Virus record (IMG/VR): IMGVR_UViG_3300045918_000131
Location: 1-64,000 of that record
Reading direction: 5' to 3' (one strand)
DNA: 64,000 bases
Source of the DNA: a virus
A program made the translations under genes and the position numbers. The notes beneath the pieces are model-generated. The model saw only the letters and a program-made list of their open reading frames with translations, had not been told where the DNA came from and ran no database searches. This document shows, one piece after another, positions 25,891 to 35,771 of the stretch (position 1 is its first letter; each line of letters begins with the position of its first letter).

Positions 25891-28128
25891 ATGTCACAAC
25901 TTACATGGCATACTGAACCAGGGTCTATTGACACAATAGCAGAAAGTGAGTACTTTACTTATACATTATCTGCTAGTAGCAATACTGGACAAAGTTTGAA
26001 GTATGCTATTATTGCGGGGAAATTAAGTAATGGTTTAACATTAACAGATACTGGTATCATTTCTGGTACTCCGCAAATTACAGGTTCTTCGTCTACTAGT
26101 TTAAGTGAGACACATTCTTTTACTGTTAGAGTAACAAATAATATACAACTATTAGATAGAACATTTAATCTAACTATAAATGCAATAGCTCAACCAGAAA
26201 TTATAGCATCTCAACGTAGCTTCTTAACAGAGTTTTCTTTAGGAACATTCTATGACGGTTCAGATGTTAATATAGCATTAAGCGCAACCGATCCAAATAA
26301 ATTTAATACGTTAGAATGGAAACTAGTTAATGGCGATTTACCGGTAGGTTTAACATTATCTACAACAGGTAAAATAACAGGATATATTTCGCCGCTGAAC
26401 TATAGTAGTACAGCAGACGCGTCACTTGGATGGAGTACATCGCCTTGGGATTATATACCGTTAGATGCTACTTCTTCTATACCAAAGTTTAATGTATATC
26501 ATTTTACTATACGTGTATTTGATGGTTCTAAGTACGACGAATCAAATTATACTCTAACAGTTGTTCCAAAGAACGTAATAACTGTAGACTCAACTGCCGT
26601 AACGATTAATAATGACATTACTGTTGATACAGATAACTCACATAATCCAATTATAGTTACACCTACAGGAAAATTACCAACTCAAAGAGCAGGAAGTCAA
26701 TTTGATTTTCATTTTGAAGGTAAGAATTTTGATTATAGTAATATACTATACCCTATACAATATGCGATTGCTAACTTAACAGGAGCATCGTTTGATCAAG
26801 GATCAAACACACATAATCCGTTAGAGACAACTATTGGATTTGATCAGAGTTCATTTGATCAAAGATCTGCTATTGCGGACCTCGGACTAACATTGGATCC
26901 TAATACCGGGTGGCTACATGGAATATTATCTCCACAATCTGAAGAAACACAGACTTATACTTTCGAGGTTTACTGTTTTAAGACTGCCGAACCGTCGATT
27001 ATGAGTAGAGCTGTAACTTATAGCTTAACAGTGTTGGGTGCTGTAGATAATACTATTACCTGGGTATCACCGACAGATTTAGGTACAGTAGATAATGGTG
27101 ATATTAGCGAGTTTGCAATTATAGCTACTACACCTGCAAATAAAACGTTGTATTATCAACTTATATTACCATATCAACTACCAGTTGGACTTGAATTATT
27201 ACCCAACGGATTATTAATCGGGAGAGTATCATTTGAGCCAAATAATGCTATCGCCGGAGTTTATATAGATGGCGTTTTTAATCAAACATATACATTTACC
27301 GTTAAAGTAGCAAATAATGCTAAAGTAGATGTGGCAACAATTACCGCAATCAAGACATTCACTGTTATAATTAATTACTATAATAAAGTACCATATCATA
27401 ATATATATTTAAAAGCGTTGCCTGATTATTCACAACGTATAAAATTCCTATCTATTATTAATACAAATAATTACTTTCCTGACGAATTAATATACAGGAG
27501 TAATGATCCATGGTTTGGAAAAGCGACAGATATTAAGTTCTTATTTGCAGCTGGTTTAAACCCAAGCACCGCAAGTGATTACAATGTTGCTATGCAATCT
27601 AATCATTATAGAAAAAAGATCAATCTAGGTAAAGTAAAGACAGCAGTTGCATTAGATTTAAAATTTAACGTTAAATATGAAGTAGTGTATGTTGAAGTTT
27701 TAGATTCTGGAACAAATAATAGTAAATCACAATATAGTAATACCTCTTTAAATATAAGTCACAATAGTTTAGATGACATGGAAACATCTATTACGTCGGT
27801 TGGCTTAGCCAACCAAGGGGCATTGCCTAATTGGATGACCGCGTCTCAACCAAATGGTAAAGTACTTGGTTTTACACGAGGTGTTGTTTTAGCATATACG
27901 TTGCCTGGTAAGAGTGCGTTAATTGAATATAGGTTACAACAAAGTGGTATTATGTTTGACGAATTTGATTTTGTTGTAGATAGGTATCAACTTGATCAAT
28001 ATCTAAGTCAAAACTGGGACATAACAGCAAAAACCTTTATTCAAACGCCTAATACGTTTATCTCTCCGATATTACCACAAGACGGAGATAGATATTTAGG
28101 ATTTCCTAAAGGGAATATATATTCCTAA
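25891..28128 (+). CDS. Ig-like (He_PIG) repeat baseplate/structural protein
   Basis: Repeated G.LP.GLTL...G.I.G.P / TFTVRV motifs. Confidence 0.75.
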   Translation: MSQLTWHTEPGSIDTIAESEYFTYTLSASSNTGQSLKYAIIAGKLSNGLTLTDTGIISGTPQITGSSSTSLSETHSFTVRVTNNIQLLDRTFNLTINAIAQPEIIASQRSFLTEFSLGTFYDGSDVNIALSATDPNKFNTLEWKLVNGDLPVGLTLSTTGKITGYISPLNYSSTADASLGWSTSPWDYIPLDATSSIPKFNVYHFTIRVFDGSKYDESNYTLTVVPKNVITVDSTAVTINNDITVDTDNSHNPIIVTPTGKLPTQRAGSQFDFHFEGKNFDYSNILYPIQYAIANLTGASFDQGSNTHNPLETTIGFDQSSFDQRSAIADLGLTLDPNTGWLHGILSPQSEETQTYTFEVYCFKTAEPSIMSRAVTYSLTVLGAVDNTITWVSPTDLGTVDNGDISEFAIIATTPANKTLYYQLILPYQLPVGLELLPNGLLIGRVSFEPNNAIAGVYIDGVFNQTYTFTVKVANNAKVDVATITAIKTFTVIINYYNKVPYHNIYLKALPDYSQRIKFLSIINTNNYFPDELIYRSNDPWFGKATDIKFLFAAGLNPSTASDYNVAMQSNHYRKKINLGKVKTAVALDLKFNVKYEVVYVEVLDSGTNNSKSQYSNTSLNISHNSLDDMETSITSVGLANQGALPNWMTASQPNGKVLGFTRGVVLAYTLPGKSALIEYRLQQSGIMFDEFDFVVDRYQLDQYLSQNWDITAKTFIQTPNTFISPILPQDGDRYLGFPKGNIYS

Positions 28129-28192
28129 ATAGGAATTTATTGTCGTCTATAATATAGACGGATAAATAACTAACATTAATAGGGAATATTTT

Positions 28193-29161
28193 ATGACGTC
28201 AAACATAAAGTTAGGTAATATAAATACAGCTTTTCCGATAGCTGGTCGAGATAACGACTCTCAGGGATTTAGAGATAATTTCTCAAACATACTTAATAAC
28301 TTTGAAACTACTGCTTCTGAGATCACACAATTACAAACAACTTCGGTTGTATGGAACTCAACTGCTAATATTACTACTACTTTTCAAAACTCGGTGAGAT
28401 TAGTAGGAGCTCAAACAAAACAATTTACAGAATCAGTAAATACCAATGTTACAATAAACGGTACAAATGTAACGTTGGATTACACTACTGGCGACTTACA
28501 AGTTATTAATCCTACTAGCTCTGTTTCATTAGCATTTGCACCAACATGGCCAACAGCTTCTTCTTTTGGTGCCGTATTTGCTAAAATGCGTCTTAAGATT
28601 AATGTAACTGATGTATTACATACTATATCGTTTACCACAGCTAACTTTATTGGATTAAGTGGAATTACAGGGATGTCTGGTAATACCTGGACGCCGCCGA
28701 GTATTGGAATTTACTATTTTGAAATAAGTACCTATACTGGGGGTGTTGACTTAGCTGTTGAGCAATGTATTAGTCCTGTTAGTTCAGCCTCCGGCAACGT
28801 TTCTATCATTAATAGTTCATTATTAGAAACTTCCTCACACATTTCTTCAATTAGAAATGTAACTACTATAGATTGTACGAACGGTAATATACAATATTTC
28901 ACGTTAAACGAAAATACCGCGTTAACTTTTATTAACTGGTCTACAACTATAAATGTTTATTCTAAGGTACGTGTAGCTATTAGAGCAGAGGCGGTTTATA
29001 GTATATTGTTTCCTTTTTCAGTCTCTGTTGGGTTAAATAAAATAACATCGGGTAGTTTAGTGGGTCAAGAACTTACTCCTGCCTTAGGAACCTACTTACT
29101 TGAATTTAGCTCATATGACAATGGTAGTAGTATTTTTGTAATACCTCTTATTCAACCATAA
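28193..29161 (+). CDS. Structural protein
   Basis: NINTAFPIAGRDNDSQGFRDNF N-terminus, two repeated beta domains, late promoter motif. Confidence 0.65.
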   Translation: MTSNIKLGNINTAFPIAGRDNDSQGFRDNFSNILNNFETTASEITQLQTTSVVWNSTANITTTFQNSVRLVGAQTKQFTESVNTNVTINGTNVTLDYTTGDLQVINPTSSVSLAFAPTWPTASSFGAVFAKMRLKINVTDVLHTISFTTANFIGLSGITGMSGNTWTPPSIGIYYFEISTYTGGVDLAVEQCISPVSSASGNVSIINSSLLETSSHISSIRNVTTIDCTNGNIQYFTLNENTALTFINWSTTINVYSKVRVAIRAEAVYSILFPFSVSVGLNKITSGSLVGQELTPALGTYLLEFSSYDNGSSIFVIPLIQP

Positions 29162-29206
29162 GTATATATTATATGGTGATATCTTGTTATAATACGTAAA
29201 AGGAGA

Positions 29207-29452
29207 ATGAATATGACACACCCTCTTATTGGAGATTTAAGTACTTTAAGTACAGACGAGTTAAATAATAGAGTAAACAATTTATCTAAAAAACTAAGTC
29301 AGGCCCATAGAATGGGATCGTATGATGCTATTCAGCAAATACGTATGTTTATGGATGATTATCAATTCGAAATTCAAAATAGACATTCGAAACTATTAGA
29401 CGAGACAACCGCTAAACATCCAGAGTTTTCAGGTATTATCAATATTGGGTAA
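29207..29452 (+). CDS. Hypothetical protein
   Basis: AGGAG RBS. Confidence 0.65.
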   Translation: MNMTHPLIGDLSTLSTDELNNRVNNLSKKLSQAHRMGSYDAIQQIRMFMDDYQFEIQNRHSKLLDETTAKHPEFSGIINIG

Positions 29453-29496
29453 TATATCTATTGTATTAGATTTACCGTAATGTTAATATTAATATT

Positions 29497-30009
29497 ATGC
29501 ATATAGATCAATATGGCCAAAAACACCAGTCTACAGACGAGTTATGCTCGCTGTTATATTTTAATCCGGATGTGAACCTACACGAACTACAAGTAGATGA
29601 TCCCTACGAGTTTAATCACAGTATTAAGGAATTATATTATGAAATAAACCCGTTAAATAAATATAAACGGTTGGATATTCCAATTGAAGAGTTTGACTCT
29701 AACAATCAAATAGATTGGTTTATGCCAATAGAGTACAAAGAACTTGACATAGTAAAATGGGTTCTAGAACAGTGTAAAGAAGATTATGAGTTACAACGTG
29801 TAGGCGAAGAATTACTACTCTATCAAGATAGAAATCTATTAGATTTATTACGATTTCTTAAATACTTTGTAGACACTATGAGGAAACATAAGGTTGTATG
29901 GGGTGTGGGCAGAGGTAGCTCAACAGCATCGTATGTGTTATTTCTTCTTCAAGTTCATCGTATCAACTCAATATATTATGGGCTAGAAATAACGGAGTTT
30001 CTAAAGTAG
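29497..30009 (+). CDS. Stand-alone fragment of DNA polymerase III alpha (DnaE-like)
   Basis: RV.EEL...VWGVGRGSSTASYVLFLLQVHRINSIYYGL..EFL; ends before the catalytic PDIDxD. Confidence 0.75.
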   Translation: MHIDQYGQKHQSTDELCSLLYFNPDVNLHELQVDDPYEFNHSIKELYYEINPLNKYKRLDIPIEEFDSNNQIDWFMPIEYKELDIVKWVLEQCKEDYELQRVGEELLLYQDRNLLDLLRFLKYFVDTMRKHKVVWGVGRGSSTASYVLFLLQVHRINSIYYGLEITEFLK

Positions 30010-30054
30010 TAACAAATTGATAGTCAACTACTATATTAGGTAAAGGAAATTAAA

Positions 30055-30603
30055 ATGGCAAGAACACACAGAACCGCGCAAGGCAAGCAAATAGACATGG
30101 AGAATATACGTGCAAAAAATGAGCTCGTAATTGCTGTAGGTAATACTAAACAAAACGGTCGAGGAGATTTACTTGGTGCTGGAGGAAAAATTGTAAAGAC
30201 GCGTGATCAAGTAATGAGAGAATATTATACGATGAATTCCCCAGTTGCTGCCGATCCAAGTAGGACTGTTACTGCTGATATAGTACCTCAAGCACTAATA
30301 GATACCGGAGCAATTAATCCAGAATCTGGTCTCGACGAAATGGATAATTTAGATACACTTGAAGATCCAATACAAAATCTAAATGTTACTTATGTGTCTA
30401 CTCCAACAATGGCAGAACCCGTAGTAACACCTGTAGTAACACCGCCTATTGCGTCAACTCCAGTAGATACTATAGCTCAACAACCCAAGAAACACGAACG
30501 TCTAGCACGAGGTGCTTTAGCAGGTGCTGTGGCTAAGAGTACAACCGTAACACAAAAAGCAGTATTACCGCCCAATAAAGCTGGCGGAATTAAACGATTC
30601 TAA
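30055..30603 (+). CDS. Hypothetical conserved phage protein
   Basis: RTAQGKQIDM...AVGN...NGRGD.LG.GG. Confidence 0.65.
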   Translation: MARTHRTAQGKQIDMENIRAKNELVIAVGNTKQNGRGDLLGAGGKIVKTRDQVMREYYTMNSPVAADPSRTVTADIVPQALIDTGAINPESGLDEMDNLDTLEDPIQNLNVTYVSTPTMAEPVVTPVVTPPIASTPVDTIAQQPKKHERLARGALAGAVAKSTTVTQKAVLPPNKAGGIKRF

Positions 30604-30617
30604 AAGGAGTAATAAAA

Positions 30618-31007
30618 GTGGAGAGTTTTATACAACCAGTACTACTGAAAAAACTAACACCTATCAGAGATAAAGTTATTGTATCTGAAATGAGGTTCAA
30701 AGAACGTTATACCAAGAGTGGTATTTTTATTCCTTCAGACGACATGCAGATTCACGGCGTACACCCTAGGTGGGGTAAGGTTTATGCAGTTGGCCCCGAA
30801 CAAACCGACGTTAAAGTTGGACAGTGGGTATTAGTATCTCATGGAAGATGGACAAGAGGTGTTGAAGTTACAGATGCCAACGGAGAGCATACAATACGTA
30901 TGGTTGATAATAACGATATTCTTCTAGTATCAGACGAAGAAATGGTTGACGAAAATATGGGTATTCCGTTGACACAGGAACAACAAAATGGGGCACCTAG
31001 ATATTAA
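30618..31007 (+). CDS. groES: Co-chaperonin GroES-like
   Basis: LTPIRDKVIV, TKSGIFIP, GKVYAVGP, VKVG..VL, DIL. Confidence 0.85.
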   Translation: MESFIQPVLLKKLTPIRDKVIVSEMRFKERYTKSGIFIPSDDMQIHGVHPRWGKVYAVGPEQTDVKVGQWVLVSHGRWTRGVEVTDANGEHTIRMVDNNDILLVSDEEMVDENMGIPLTQEQQNGAPRY

Positions 31008-31074
31008 CCAAAATAATTGATATAGAGGTCTATAGACAACTATAATTAACTATAATTATTAAGAAAGGTAACAA

Positions 31075-32001
31075 ATGGCACTACATAATATATGGACAGA
31101 GAAGTATCGTCCAAGCACGTTAGATGGTTATGTATTTAAAGATGCGGCTCAAAAACAACAAATTGAATCGTGGATAAAAGATCAGGAGATCCCAAATCTC
31201 CTGTTCTCCGGTCAGGCCGGGATTGGTAAGACAACACTTGCTAAAATTCTCATTAAAGCATTAAACATTGACGAATATGATATTAAAGAGATTAATGCCT
31301 CTCGAGAAAATAGTGTTGATCATATGCGCGATGTAATTATTGGGTTTGTAGGTACAATGCCGTTTGGTAAATTTAAAGTAATATTACTTGATGAATCTGA
31401 TTACCTAAGTCCAAATGCACAGGCAATATTGCGCGGAGTTATGGAAACATATCACGAGACAGCACGTTTTATTCTAACCTGTAATTATCCTAATAAGATT
31501 ATACCAGCATTACATAGTAGATGTCAAGGATTTCACTTTGAAAAAATAGATCATACAGAATTCACAGCACGCATTGCAACCGTATTAGTTACTGAAAATA
31601 TCGAATTTGATATAGATACGTTAGATGATTTTGTACGAACAACATATCCAGATCTTCGTAAATGTTTAAATACTTGTCAGATGCATAGTTCAAGTGGCAA
31701 ACTTATTGCTGTAACAAGTTCGGATGGATCGACGGATTATAAATTAGCAATGGTCGATTTGTTTAAAAAGGGCAAGATACGAGAAGCACGTCAACTTATT
31801 TGTGCTCAAGCAAGACCAGATGAGATGGAAGATTTATTTAGGTTTTGTTATGATAACCTAGATTTATGGAGTAAAACACCCGAAGGACAAGACGAAGCAA
31901 TACTAATTATTAGGCAAGGGTTAGTGAATCATGCGCTATGCGCTGATTCAGAAGTGAATCTTAGTGCCACTATTACAGAATTAGCCGCAATTACTATTTA
32001 A
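31075..32001 (+). CDS. Sliding clamp loader subunit (T4 gp44/RFC-like)
   Basis: WTEKYRP, GQAGIGKTT, INAS, LDESD, SRC. Confidence 0.93.
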   Translation: MALHNIWTEKYRPSTLDGYVFKDAAQKQQIESWIKDQEIPNLLFSGQAGIGKTTLAKILIKALNIDEYDIKEINASRENSVDHMRDVIIGFVGTMPFGKFKVILLDESDYLSPNAQAILRGVMETYHETARFILTCNYPNKIIPALHSRCQGFHFEKIDHTEFTARIATVLVTENIEFDIDTLDDFVRTTYPDLRKCLNTCQMHSSSGKLIAVTSSDGSTDYKLAMVDLFKKGKIREARQLICAQARPDEMEDLFRFCYDNLDLWSKTPEGQDEAILIIRQGLVNHALCADSEVNLSATITELAAITI

Positions 32002-32017
32002 TTAAAGGAGTAACACA

Positions 32018-32434
32018 ATGTCAAAAGATGTATATATTACCGCAAAATATTATGCTAAACCACGTAACCCTAGACAAACATATAAGGTGGGTTATATGAA
32101 AGATGATGCAAATATCCAACATGACGAAACCATAGATGTTACACTTGGGTTAAAGAATAAGGATTTGGAGTCTGCACGTATTATCCTCAATGTATCAAAA
32201 CAAGTTATTACTAAAAATAGCTTTGGTGGAGATAAAACATTCCATGATTTGTTTTCTTACTTTTACCTAAATAATCGAGAAGAAATCGGAGACGCATTGG
32301 CAAGAGCTGGTATTACTATTACACAGCCTGAAATGCCCGTAGTAGAGGTTGATTCTAATATTATTGACGCAGAAGTAGTTTCTGTTACTGAAACTAATCC
32401 AGAAGTATCTATTACAGCAGATCCCGTTGTATAA
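32018..32434 (+). CDS. Hypothetical protein
   Basis: AGGAG RBS. Confidence 0.65.
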   Translation: MSKDVYITAKYYAKPRNPRQTYKVGYMKDDANIQHDETIDVTLGLKNKDLESARIILNVSKQVITKNSFGGDKTFHDLFSYFYLNNREEIGDALARAGITITQPEMPVVEVDSNIIDAEVVSVTETNPEVSITADPVV

Positions 32435-32458
32435 TACGTCAGAAGAGTAAATACATAT

Positions 32459-32710
32459 ATGACGAATATGTATAAAAAAATGTATGCTAAAAAACCGAAG
32501 AAGGTGCCAGATCCGCTGGCACCGCCTAGGCCTACCTTACTTGGTCAAGTTAAAGATTTAAGGTTAACTAAGGAAGAAAGTGCTGTAACAAAAAACATAG
32601 TGCAACAGCAACAACACGAGATTGATTATTTAAAAGAAAAGGTTGGACGTTTAACGCAACGTTTAGAACAACTTACGATATTCGTAAAGAGTATGACGAA
32701 GCAACAATGA
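32459..32710 (+). CDS. Hypothetical coiled-coil protein
   Basis: ORF. Confidence 0.55.
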   Translation: MTNMYKKMYAKKPKKVPDPLAPPRPTLLGQVKDLRLTKEESAVTKNIVQQQQHEIDYLKEKVGRLTQRLEQLTIFVKSMTKQQ

Positions 32711-33227
32711 CAAGTCACACAGATTGTTAAAGTAACCACTGAAGTGTGATAAATCCAGCGATACATGCAGACATAATATATATTTGATAGCTATGTATAG
32801 TTTGACCATATGCAATTCTACCTATATTGCCAAATAGGTGCGAAAAACCAAAAACCATAAGAATATATTTTGCAATTAGCAATGTACTGTGAGTATCTAG
32901 CATATCTAAGTTGTCTTTCTATTCTGATTGAAGTATGTTAAACCATAGTTACCAACTATTTTACCATCTAATTTAACTATTACCCACTTAACTTCAACAG
33001 GATAATTTCGTTTTATGATATCCATAATCTATGGCCTAAATGACATTTGATGAGAAGCTAAGTGATTGGTGCCTGAATATTCTTCGTCGACGTAAACTGG
33101 CTTCCATTGACTGTATAGATTAGTCGACTTAGTATTCAGGTTAACAAAGTCACCTTTCTCAGTTAACCAGCCGATGTGTTTCATCGATTTCTTATCTTTG
33201 ATTTCCATTATTCGCCTAATATAATTT

Positions 33228-33416
33228 TTAATGACCGCGTGCAGTAACTAACTTAGGAGCCGGTGAGGGTTTGCACATAGTAATCTTAACACCGTCGGAA
33301 TTAACAAACGTGTTCTCTGTCTGTGTTGCAACTTTTGAGGTCACTTTGGGCAACCCGGTCTTAGTTGAAATTGTAACACCATTCTTTGTACGTTTCACAC
33401 ATTTCATTTGGGCCAT
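33228..33416 (-). CDS. Small early protein
   Basis: MAQMKC...; AGGAG RBS directly behind the repeated promoter. Confidence 0.6.
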   Translation of the reverse strand: MAQMKCVKRTKNGVTISTKTGLPKVTSKVATQTENTFVNSDGVKITMCKPSPAPKLVTARGH

Positions 33417-33441
33417 TTTGTTACTCCTTTGTTGTGTTGCG

Positions 33442-33499
33442 TTATTTAATAAAGCTATTATACAGTAATTAGCCAAAAGGTCAAGATCTTTATTCAAAG
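33442..33499 (-). repeat. Early-promoter repeat copy (direct repeat of 34074-34131, 1 mismatch)
   Basis: ttatttaataaagctattatacagta(a/t)ttagccaaaaggtcaagatctttattcaaag. Confidence 0.9.
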
Positions 33500-33507
33500 A
33501 GTTATAG

Positions 33508-33870
33508 TTAGAATCCCATATTATTCAAGCGTTTAGCAAAAGACTTTGAATTTTTGGGTTTACGTGGTGTTCCAGTGCCTGTCTCGTCGTGAGTACAAAA
33601 ACAATAAAGATATAGGATTGTTGGATTGGCTCCACTTATACGATAAACAATGCGCAAATCGCTACGTATTTTGGCATGTCTGCACTTAGTATCTTTTAAC
33701 GGGCCGTGAACATAACTACTATCGTGTCCTTTAGAATAAGCTCCTAACGGGTTAGAAACCTTTTCTTTAACAAAATGTTCTAGTTCTTCTTTTGTTACTT
33801 GATATTTTGTAATACTATCAACAAGTGCATTACTTTTTTGTATTAGTACATTAACCACGGTGAAATACAT
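33508..33870 (-). CDS. RelE/YafQ-like mRNA interferase toxin
   Basis: HD...GPLKDTKCRHAKIRSDLRIVYRI...LYLYCFCTHDE resembles YafQ 'H.L.G...RECHI.PD.LLIY...L...GTH.E'. Confidence 0.65.
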   Translation of the reverse strand: MYFTVVNVLIQKSNALVDSITKYQVTKEELEHFVKEKVSNPLGAYSKGHDSSYVHGPLKDTKCRHAKIRSDLRIVYRISGANPTILYLYCFCTHDETGTGTPRKPKNSKSFAKRLNNMGF

Positions 33871-34057
33871 CTTCCAGACTTGCCATTAATTGTTCTGTTG
33901 TTAATGCTTCTCCAAACTGCATATTATTCAAATAGTTAGCGGCGACGGTAGCATCAGCAGTTGTTACACCGGTTTGTTGTGCAACGTGTTCGCATAAACC
34001 AATTACTGCATTGTTATTATCTTCAACAATTTTAATACCTTTTGTAATTGCACTCAT
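33851..34057 (-). CDS. Putative antitoxin
   Basis: Small acidic ORF upstream of and overlapping the toxin; C-terminal GEALTTEQLMASL resembles RelB/DinJ tails. Confidence 0.5.
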   Translation of the reverse strand: MSAITKGIKIVEDNNNAVIGLCEHVAQQTGVTTADATVAANYLNNMQFGEALTTEQLMASLEDVFHRG

Positions 34058-34069
34058 TTATAACTCCCG

Positions 34070-34805
34070 TTGCTTATTTAATAAAGCTATTATACAGTAT
34101 TTAGCCAAAAGGTCAAGATCTTTATTCAAAGTGTTAATCTAAATTAAACAAGAAGTTACAATTTTAACCAAAATAGTAAATATATAATAATTAAGGAGTT
34201 ATATTATGTCTAAAAACATAGAAGAGATTATAAAAGCTGCTGAAATGGTCGAAGCAGTAGAGATTATAGAAAAAGGTACAGTACCTATAAAAACTATTAA
34301 GCAAGTTGCCGCTGTTATTGGTGCATGTGGTGTTATTATTGGCGCTATACTGACAGTGGATAATAGGTACGCTAAGCCTGCAGATATCGAACATGCCACA
34401 CTAACATTACAAGAATCTATAGACGAGTTACATAAAGATTTACTTGAAAATGAACAATTACGTCTAGAACTTGGCAATGATGTAAAGTCAACTAAGATAT
34501 TACTAGATAAAAATAAGCAAGAATTAATAGATGTAAAACAACGTTTGATGGGGCAACGCTTAGAGTTATCGCACCGTACAATGTCAGTTGAAAGTGCGGC
34601 TATTAGGGAAGTACGATCAGAAACACCTCCAGAAATATCACCTATATTTGTGATGCCAGCGGCATCTCCTGTAGAGCCACACGAAGTACAATTAGTCCCT
34701 GAGAAAGAGACAGTAGAAACTACGGTTGGCAAATAGATTAACACTTTGAATAAAGATCTTGACCTTTTGGCTAAATACTGTATAATAGCTTTATTAAATA
34801 AGCAA
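34070..34805. repeat. Perfect 72-bp inverted repeats (34070-34141 and 34734-34805), each an outward-facing sigma70 promoter
   Basis: Exact reverse complements containing TTGACC-N16-TATAAT. Confidence 0.92.
34206..34736 (+). CDS. Single-TM coiled-coil protein between the inverted repeats
   Basis: AGGAG RBS; TM VAAVIGACGVIIGAILTV; the stop codon lies inside the right repeat. Confidence 0.7.
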   Translation: MSKNIEEIIKAAEMVEAVEIIEKGTVPIKTIKQVAAVIGACGVIIGAILTVDNRYAKPADIEHATLTLQESIDELHKDLLENEQLRLELGNDVKSTKILLDKNKQELIDVKQRLMGQRLELSHRTMSVESAAIREVRSETPPEISPIFVMPAASPVEPHEVQLVPEKETVETTVGK

Positions 34806-35009
34806 TGAGGTTACTATGGTTAGAAGTCAATTAGAGCAAGAATACAAAGAGCTTCGCGAGTTCACAGATAATATGACTCTAGGACAACTTTACTCTAATG
34901 AAGGTCAAGAAAATTAGAGCGAGAATATGAAGTATTACAAATTCTAGCAACATTTGAGGGTATTGATACTTTTGAATACTGTTCGCGTTTCAACAAAGGA
35001 GAAATGTAA

Positions 35010-35195
35010 ATGTGCTTATGTTATATAGTAGGTGGGCCTTGGGTTGCTGAAGACCCCGATTGTCCACAACATGGTATTCAAGCACAACGCCAAGAAAGTC
35101 GTAGAGATCAGTTACGTCATCGAATTACTCAAGCAACTACTGTTGAAGAGTTACGTGAACTGTTATTACACGTTCTTGACAGTTTGGAGAATTAG
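35010..35195 (+). CDS. Small hypothetical protein
   Basis: AGGAG RBS; CxC...CPQH. Confidence 0.6.
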   Translation: MCLCYIVGGPWVAEDPDCPQHGIQAQRQESRRDQLRHRITQATTVEELRELLLHVLDSLEN

Positions 35196-35377
35196 TATGA
35201 ATATCATAGGACGTATATTATTTGTATTGCTTACTTGGCCTGCAGTAGCGTTTATTGATGTTCCAAATATAGGATGGAGCCTATTTCTAATAGAGATGTT
35301 AGATTTCGTTAGATATGGCGACAAAGAGCTTCCGGAAGAATTTCTGGATAAATAACTATATTAAATGGGTTAAAATT

Positions 35378-35764
35378 ATGCTAAAGGTATTAGTAATCGA
35401 TGACGACAACGCAATATGCTTAATGGTTAGAACTGCATTTTCAGACGAAGATAACTATACTGTCATCGAAGCAAACACGGCTGCACAGGGTCTATTAGAC
35501 ATAATTAAATATGTACCAGATGTCATTATACTTGATGTTCATTTACACGATTGTATTACAGGCATAGACATTCTTAATGCAATAGAGCAGAACAAGACAC
35601 TAAATCACATACATATATTCACAGTTACCTCGTCCGAATATGAATTAGTGTCAAAATCTATTACTTTGGGTGCAGATGATTACTTTATCAAGCCATTTAA
35701 TATCAAAGATCTAGTGTCTGCTGTAAAACGCAAATTTAATCCTAAGTTATTAGATCGAGCATAA
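35378..35764 (+). CDS. Stand-alone response-regulator receiver domain (CheY-like)
   Basis: VLVIDDD, PDVIILD (phosphoacceptor), VTS, GADDYFIKPF; GGATAAATA at about 35346. Confidence 0.9.
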   Translation: MLKVLVIDDDNAICLMVRTAFSDEDNYTVIEANTAAQGLLDIIKYVPDVIILDVHLHDCITGIDILNAIEQNKTLNHIHIFTVTSSEYELVSKSITLGADDYFIKPFNIKDLVSAVKRKFNPKLLDRA

Positions 35765-35771
35765 ATACTCG

